From the human T2T-CHM13v2.0 reference genome, Homo sapiens: a stretch of 64,000 bases of DNA. A program made the translations under genes and the position numbers. Under the pieces are notes generated by a model that searched no databases, was not told where the DNA came from, and saw only the letters and a program-made list of their open reading frames with translations. Location: NCBI RefSeq assembly GCF_009914755.1, contig NC_060931.1; one strand, written 5' to 3'. This document shows, one piece after another, positions 56,331 through 64,000 of this stretch; position 1 is the first letter of the stretch; every line of letters starts with the position of its first letter.

Positions 56331-56917
56331 GTGTACTGCCCATGCATGTAAGAACATACCCAACACAATGAAAAATAAGAAATGAAATAGAAAGGGCATG
56401 GAAAATATCAAATCATAACTGCAGAGGAAAAAAGTCAAATTTAAGCTTAGAGTTACTGCAAAGTTACTGCAACCCATCATATTTTATTTTGTGCTTCCTA
56501 GTTAGTGGCTAAAACTAAGGGCAAAACTGACTAAATATAATTTGTTGTAATCTTGAGGGAAATGCACAGCAAGATGTTTCTTGATCAAGAAAACTGATAC
56601 TACGGAGCTTTATATTCAGTACTTTGATGAAACAGCACTAAAATGTCCTCAATAACATCTCTACAAAGAATCAGTGATTCTTAGACCTCTAAGAGGAGCC
56701 AGTGTGATGCCTAAACATAGGCATGTAGGCTACTTGACAGACAGACTCAGCATAGCAGTCATCATCACGTAGTAATTTCTAGCATCCTAGTAGCTTTCTC
56801 ACTGGCTTTAGTTTTGAATAAATGGGATTTTTGCTAAGATCTTACATTATGCAACAGAGGCAACCACAAAGACCACCCCTAGAAAATGAAATGATCTTGG
56901 GCCCCTTCCTCCCTTAC

Positions 56918-57190
56918 CTCCTGCTTCACACTGCATTCTTTGGGAAGCGGATGCTGAAACAGAGTCAGGTATACAAAAATCTGGGGAGAAGTCACTCCTG
57001 TGAAAGCAAAGGGAAGAAGTAAGATTGGGCTGGAGGACCCATCAGAGCCTGACATTAACCTGACAGTCTCTGGCAGCTCAGGAATCCTTTAGGATTTCCA
57101 TGTTGGGTATAAATGATTAGACTCTTCTACTATAACTTAGTCATTGGTAGAGGTTGTACCAAGAATAGCATGATCCCAGCTAAAAAGCTG
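56918..57190 (-). ncRNA. NPSR1-AS1: Candidate LTR-derived alternative first exon of NPSR1-AS1/AAA1 (ends ATG...MQCEAG); start site uncertain
   Basis: ATG at 56936-56934; strong donor GAG|gtaagg at 56917/56918; phase 1 gives MQCEAGAYVRR... Upper boundary is a placeholder. Confidence 0.6.
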
Positions 57191-57308
57191 AGGCAAACCC
57201 TGAGGAATCTAACAGCTGGAGGATGTCAGCAAACCATATACCTCACAGCTGGACAGCAAGGTCTTTCTTGAAGGGGGATCTGAGCAGCATATCTCTATGT
57301 CTGCCTCA
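56922..57308 (-). mobile_element. LTR16A-type ERVL solo LTR
   Basis: Minus strand begins tgaggcagacatagagatatgctgctcagatcccccttcaagaaag and ends ...cagcatccgcttcccaaagaatgcagtgtgaagca. Confidence 0.7.
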
Positions 57309-60175
57309 TTTCCCTATGTACAAGCGTGTACCTGATTGCAGCAGAATGAGATGAGAAACAAATATTTTTTTGTTACAATTTACCACTTCCATCTCAGCCT
57401 GCTACCCCTTAGCTCTCCTTGGGCAAAGGGAAAAAGACATTTGAAGAGCCTGCCTCTTGGATAAGTGAAAATGGAACTCTCCTCTCCTTCTCTTGGATTT
57501 CTAAACATCCCAGATCATTTCTGTGAATTCTTTTTATTAGGAAAATAGCATCCTTTAAAAGAGAAAACAAGTTGTCTATGTCTTATATTCAGAGTCAGTT
57601 TGAGCCCCATGTTGTGCAATGATCTTGTGCAATGATAATTACATGCTACCATGCCTCAAGAAATTTCCCCTTAAGTGGAGTGAGGAGGAGAAATAGTGGA
57701 GGCTCAATGTCTTGTTTTAAGAAAACACCTGTTATTGCTGAACCTGATGCTTGTGCTTATGAGCACAGGAGTTTTTTGTGGCCCAGCAATAACCAACAAC
57801 TCAGGTAGGCCAGTTGCCTCATTTAATGAGCTTCTTGGTTTCTGAATACAACAGAGGCAAAGAGAGTAAGTTTTACGAGGACTTGGGTTTCCTTAATTAG
57901 ACACAAGCTTTTTATTTGGTTGGGGGAACTAATGGAGAAAGGGAGACACTAGCGGCATTTGTAACTTGTTAAGACTAATTGAAAATCTTAGGACCAAAGC
58001 TTTCTGTGAAGAGAGTGCTCTAATGAGAATAAATGTGATGATTATTTACCTAATTGAGCAGTAATGACTGAGGTGTGAGCCACTTCCCCAGGATTAATAA
58101 AGAGCCGGGGAGTTGACAGTTTAGACCATTAGGCTTAGCTGGTACTTCATCTTGGCGAAGGACACAGTGCCAGAATCATATTAATATTGTAAAATGAGCC
58201 CAAAACATAGACATATACTTTTGGAGAAATAATTTTAATTGGCTAAGTACCTGACATCAGGTTGGGCCATTCAGTTTTATCATTAAACAAAGTTTCACAC
58301 AAGTTCTTCAAGACTTGTGCCATTTACAGTGTTCTCAGCATTCAGTGTTTAAAAAAGAAAAGTAGAAGAGGGACCTTTATCAATATCAAAAATAGTTTTT
58401 TGTGCAACCAAAAGCAAGCAAGCTATTATTATATATACACACTCGCTTTAAAAACAACACTAAAGACATTGAGTTGAGCTGGAAGCATTGCATACTCTGA
58501 GATACACAGTTGATATTGTTACCCACAGTGTCCCTTCAGGAAAGCCAGAGGTCATCTGCAACACCACAATTAAGGATAAAAGGACCTTATATTATCAGAA
58601 ATTTCAATGTCTTCATAAAAATTGTGTTTATATTCAATATCTCCCTTATTTAGTGTGACAAATGTTCATGTACGAGTCATCTCAAGAAAAAGAGTTACTC
58701 AGCTTGCTACGTATTCATTATTCTATGGCTCTGCTATGCAGGGGAAAGTGCAAACAGCAACTGAGAGAAAGCAGGAATCTAAGACATGGGACTCAACTTG
58801 CCCTTTACACAGGGTGAATCCTACACTAGTGACCTTTGTGTTTTAAGGAAGTTTGCAAATATGTTTAATTGGACAACATTTCTTCCTTTATCTAGCAAGC
58901 ACTGAGTATCTTGCCAGGCACTATGAAAAAAGATAAAACTATAAACATGAGCAAGGCACAGCCACTGCCAATCAGAAGCTTACAATCTAGCAGAGATCTT
59001 AAAATGCAGGGAGCTCTTTTAGAAATCTGCTTAGGGATCAAAATTTCCAATCACACTTTTCCTTCCAGCATCTTTATTCTGTAATCATTATTTTAATCTT
59101 CATTGAACGAGATGATTAATGTGGTTCCATCTGCTGTATGAAATCACCCATGCTACAGTCAGCCAATCAAGCAACAGCAGTAATAATGTACTACTTCATT
59201 TAATGGAAATTTACCAAGCTGTTACTATGTAATATCACAGTTTTAGGGCCTGGAGAGGTAGAGCTGAACTAAAAATAATAATCTCTGTTATCCCATAGTA
59301 TAGTGGAATAGGAAAGAAATACAAAAAAAAATAATGTGTTCATGTATTATAGGTACTATAATAGTAGGGTAGGAAGATACACAGAAGTGGGAATAACCAA
59401 GCCAATCTCAGTACTCAGAAAAGGTGTTATAAAGGAGGTAACCTTGAATTAAACCTTGAGGAAATGGATATTCTTCAGGTAGAGGTGTATAAAGAGCTTC
59501 CCACACCAATGGAGCAGCATAAAGAAATGGCATGGCAGAGTGAACAGTTGGGTATGGCCAAGGAAACTCTCAACTGCATCTTCTTCACTGCCTCAACTGA
59601 TCACTCAACGCTCTCCATTCTCTCAGCAAACACCCTGACTAACTAAACTCCCATGACTAGCAGGATATTATTAGACTTAACAAACCTGTCAATTTATATG
59701 CTTTCCCTTTAGAAAGACTTGACTTTTTTTTAGTGAACTGCAATAGAACTAAGCTCAGGAGATGCAACTATGAAAGATGAAGGAACATTATAAAAATCTC
59801 TGCAATGAGATTCTGCCTTAGATTGCTTTGCTGGTATGTCAACTGATTACTCCAATTTAAAGAAACCCAAACTGGAAATTATAAAAGATAAATTGTGAGT
59901 GTATTTTATGCAAAAAAGAATCAAATCAAATCAAAGTCTTGGCTCTACATTAAACAAACGACAAAGGCATGTTTGTTTTTATCAAAATGTTTTAGGGTAG
60001 ATTTGTATGTATGCGTTATTTCTTTAACCAATGTTTTAATCAGTTAAACAGCTGCTATTATTAATGTGCTGGTTGAAAGTGTTTTTCTTAAAGTACAAAT
60101 TTAAAATAGAATGAGAAAAGATCAGACTTGAGAAGAAGGAAAGTCACAGTAGGACATTTGGAATTTATTCTCTAG

Positions 60176-60340
60176 ACCAGAGGTCTGCAAACTCCAGCCT
60201 ACAGGCCAAATCCATCCTGCAGCTTATTTTTATAAATAAAGTTTTATTGGATTACAGCCAGGCCCATCCAGTTACAGAATTGTCTATGGTTGCTTCCACT
60301 CTACAATGGCAGATTTGAGTAGCTGTTACAGAGACTATAC
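60176..60340. mobile_element. MER58A-like hAT element
   Basis: cagaggtctgcaaactccagcc..caggccaaatcc...taaataaagttttattgga. Confidence 0.8.
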
Positions 60341-61263
60341 GCAAGTGTGCAGGAGAGTTTAGACCACACCTACAGGAAAGGTATGAAATACTACCCTCCT
60401 TCCTAGACACTTCCCCAAACAAAAAACTTAAGTCAGTGTGGGAACAAACACTGTTGCCCCACAGAGCACTAATAAAGGCAGATAAATGACTGAGAAAACC
60501 CTATCCCTTGGGGACGGAGGCCAGAAATGGCAACACCAATACCATTGGAAGTCTCCTACTTCTAGGTAAGGACATGAAATTCTCTCATATGCAACACCCA
60601 TCACAGATACAAGGCAGGAGTTTGATTTTCATGGGGAGGAGGAATTGGAACACTGAGAATACCCCACCCCTAAGGCCCAGGCACACTGGCCTATATGGGT
60701 CTGTGGCTGAACTGGGACAAAAGAGAAGCCCTAAAACCACCAGTAGCAAGCATTGAGTAACAAGCAGTAGCAGTATTACAGCAAAACAGGCACAGCTGAA
60801 AGCAGAGAGTGGGGCATTAAAACCCTTCAGCGTCTCAGCTACTATGCTAATAGAAAATCCAAAGAAAAATCTGAAGCCCATAGGAGGCTGAGGATGACCC
60901 TACTAACAACAAAACTCAAGTCTAGCTAGACTCCTAAGCAGATTGATTTAATACCCCACTCTAACAACCTTAAAGAAGTGTGCCCATTTCCATGCATAAA
61001 TACTATGTATCTCAATATTTGATATACTCTACACAAAATGTTTGCCATTTAATCAAAATGCATGAGACTCAAAAAGAAAATGCAACCCACTGTTAACAGC
61101 CAAAGCAATCAACAGAACCAAACAGAGACATGACTCCAATGTTGGAGCTATTAGACACGGACTTTAAATAAAATAATTACAATGAATAAGAAAAATACAT
61201 TAAAAATACTTCATGAAAGAGGATATATGGATGGCAAAGAAGCACCTTTAAAAGTGTTCAACA

Positions 61264-61900
61264 GTTTATACACTATTGATGGAAATGTAAATTAGTTCTT
61301 CCACTGTTGGAAGCAGTCTGGAGAGTTCTCAAAAAACTTAACTACCATTTGAATTAGCAATCCCATTACTGGGCATATACCCAAACAGAAGAAAACTGTT
61401 CTCCCAAAAGGACGCATGCACTCATATATTCATCATAGCACTATGTATATTCACAATACCAAAGACATGGAATCAACCTGAATGCCAATCAATGGATTGG
61501 ATTAAAAAATGGAATACTATGCAGTCGTAGAAAAGAATGAAATCATGTCTTTACAGCAACTTGGATGCATCTGGAGGCCATTATCCTAAGTGAATTAATG
61601 CAGAAACAGAAAACCAAATGCCACATGTTCTCATTTATAAGTGGGAGTTAAACCTTGGATACACATGGACATAAAGATGGCAACAGTAGAGGGGAAAAGG
61701 AAGAACTAGAGCAAGGGATGAAAATCCAGCTATTGGGCATTATGCTCAGTACCTGTGTAATGGGATCAATCGTACCCCAAATCTCAGCACCACACAATAT
61801 ACCCATGTAATAAGCCTGCACATGTACCCCCTGAATCTAAATTAAAGTTGAAATCATTTCTAAAAAAAGAAAAGAAAAATGAACAAATTGAAAATAAAAA
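61264..61900 (+). mobile_element. L1PA16/L1PB-type 3' fragment inserted in older L1
   Basis: ORF2 end and 3'UTR (cctgcacatgtaccccctgaatctaaa); flanking duplication aaag(a)tgttcaaca. Confidence 0.8.
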
Positions 61901-62354
61901 GATGTTCAACATGATTAGTCATTAGAGAAATGAAAAATAAAGCCATGATGAAATATCACTACATATCTAGTAGAACAACTAAAAGAAAACACACTGACAG
62001 TCCTGAGTGCTAGAAAGTGTGTGCAACCACAGTCTCTCTCATACATTGTTGGTGGGAGTACACAGTGGTGCAGCAACATTGGAAAACTGCTGGGCAGTTT
62101 TTTATGAAGTTAAACATATATTTACTTACTCTGTGGCCCAACAATTCCACTTCTGAGTATTTGTCCTAGAGAAATGAAAATTTATATTCACACAAAAACC
62201 TGTACATGAATGTTTATATCAGCCTTGTTTGAAATAACAAAAAACTGAAAATAACCCAAACATATTTCAGTGAGTGAATAAACATATTGTAATACATTTA
62301 TACAATTTAAAACTATTCGGCAATAAGAACAAACAAATGATACACACACCTTAG

Positions 62355-62678
<324 letters not shown>

Positions 62679-64000
62679 TATGATGAATTTTTTAAAGCTA
62701 ATTTTTAAAGGTTGCATATTTTGTAATTCCATTTACGTAAGATTCTTAAAATCACAAAACTATAATGATAAAGAACACATTAGTGTTTGCTAGGAAATGG
62801 GTGGGTAGGGAGTGTGGCTATAAAGGGATAGCACAAGGGAATTTCTCGACAGTTGTAGAACTGTTCTCTATCCCGACTGTGGTGTTAGTGACATGACCTT
62901 ATATGTATGTGAGATTAAATTTCATTGATATATGACATGCTTGTAAAAATTGGTGATGTGCAAATAATTCTATAGTTTAGTTAACAGTATTATACCAATG
63001 TCAATTTCCTGGTTTTCATCATTATACTGATATTGACCAGGTAGAGCGTACATGGGAAACTTCTGTCTTATTTTTGCAACTTTAATATGGGTCTTAAATG
63101 ATTTCAAAATAAACACTTTAAAACATTCTCCCTACTAAATAACCATGATTAATAGGTTAAAGTTTCCAGGGGAAAAAAGTGGACAACATAGATGAACAGT
63201 TGAGTGATTTCACAGAAAGATAAAAACTATAAGCAAGATTCAAGTAGAAATGTGTGGGGGAAATAAATCACAATAGTAATTCACAGATTTAATTCTAGGA
63301 ATCGTAGACTTTACACAGCCAGAGGAAGAATTAGGTAATCTGAAGATAGATCCATAAAAATTGCCCAAAGTGAAAATCAGTAAGAAAAGGACAAAGAAAG
63401 TGGATGAGGAGAACAAAGTATTTAAAAATGATGGGACAATATCAAATAGTCTAAAATATATGTCATTGAAGTTACAGAAGGAGAAGAGAGAATGGGCAAA
63501 AGAAATCTCTGAATGATAGCTGGAATTCTCCAAAAATAATGAAAGCATCAAATCATAGATCCAAAATTCTTAAATAACCTGAAGCAGAATAAATTTTAAA
63601 AAGCTAGCTATAACTTATCCAAAGTACCAAATAAAGGTAAAGAAGAAATTGAAGGAAGACAGTGGAAAATATATGAACATATTAAATCAGAGAAATTCTT
63701 AAAGAATACAAAATTACAGCTAGATAGAACTAGAATAAGTTCTAGTGTTCCATATTACTGTAGAATTACTATAGTTAACAATAATATATGGTTTCACATA
63801 ACTAAAAGAATATTGCATGATCCTCACAAAAAAATGATAAATGCTAGAGATGATAGATATGCCAGTTATACTCTGATAACTATATGTACTGAGACATCAC
63901 CATGTAGCCCCATGAATATGTACACTTATTTTGTCATTTTAAAAATTAAATTAATATAAAGAGGTAAAGACAAGAATTATAGCTGACTTCTTATCTGAAG

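Noticed and set aside
56451-56472. 11-bp tandem duplication agttactgcaa x2
   Set aside because: Ordinary slippage product with no recognisable motif.

Overview
Human (primate) genomic DNA, repeat-rich, with no intact conventional protein-coding exon. It is dominated by Alu, L1, L2, MIR, LTR and DNA-transposon relics. Three retrocopies are clear: an RPL7 processed pseudogene (+, ~6.6-7.4 kb), a 5'-truncated NCAPD2 processed pseudogene (-, ~45.8-47.9 kb) and a 7SL RNA pseudogene (+, ~49.2-49.5 kb). On the minus strand I can read a set of small exons with canonical GT/AG sites. They splice in frame around the core peptide YVRRNAGRQFSHCNLHAHQFLVRRKQ, which I recognise from memory as AAA1/NPSR1-AS1. 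That would place the window inside a large NPSR1 intron on 7p14; this assignment is recollection, not a database search. The two most interesting structures are: (1) a modular, phase-compatible micro-ORF built partly from exapted repeats (LTR16A-type first exon, 25-nt MIR microexon, 81-nt frame-preserving cassette); (2) the NCAPD2 retrocopy inserted in sense directly behind the poly(A) signal of a PABL_A-type LTR, ~90 bp downstream of the LTR TATA box. Repeat subfamily names and the boundaries of old repeats are approximate, by-eye calls.
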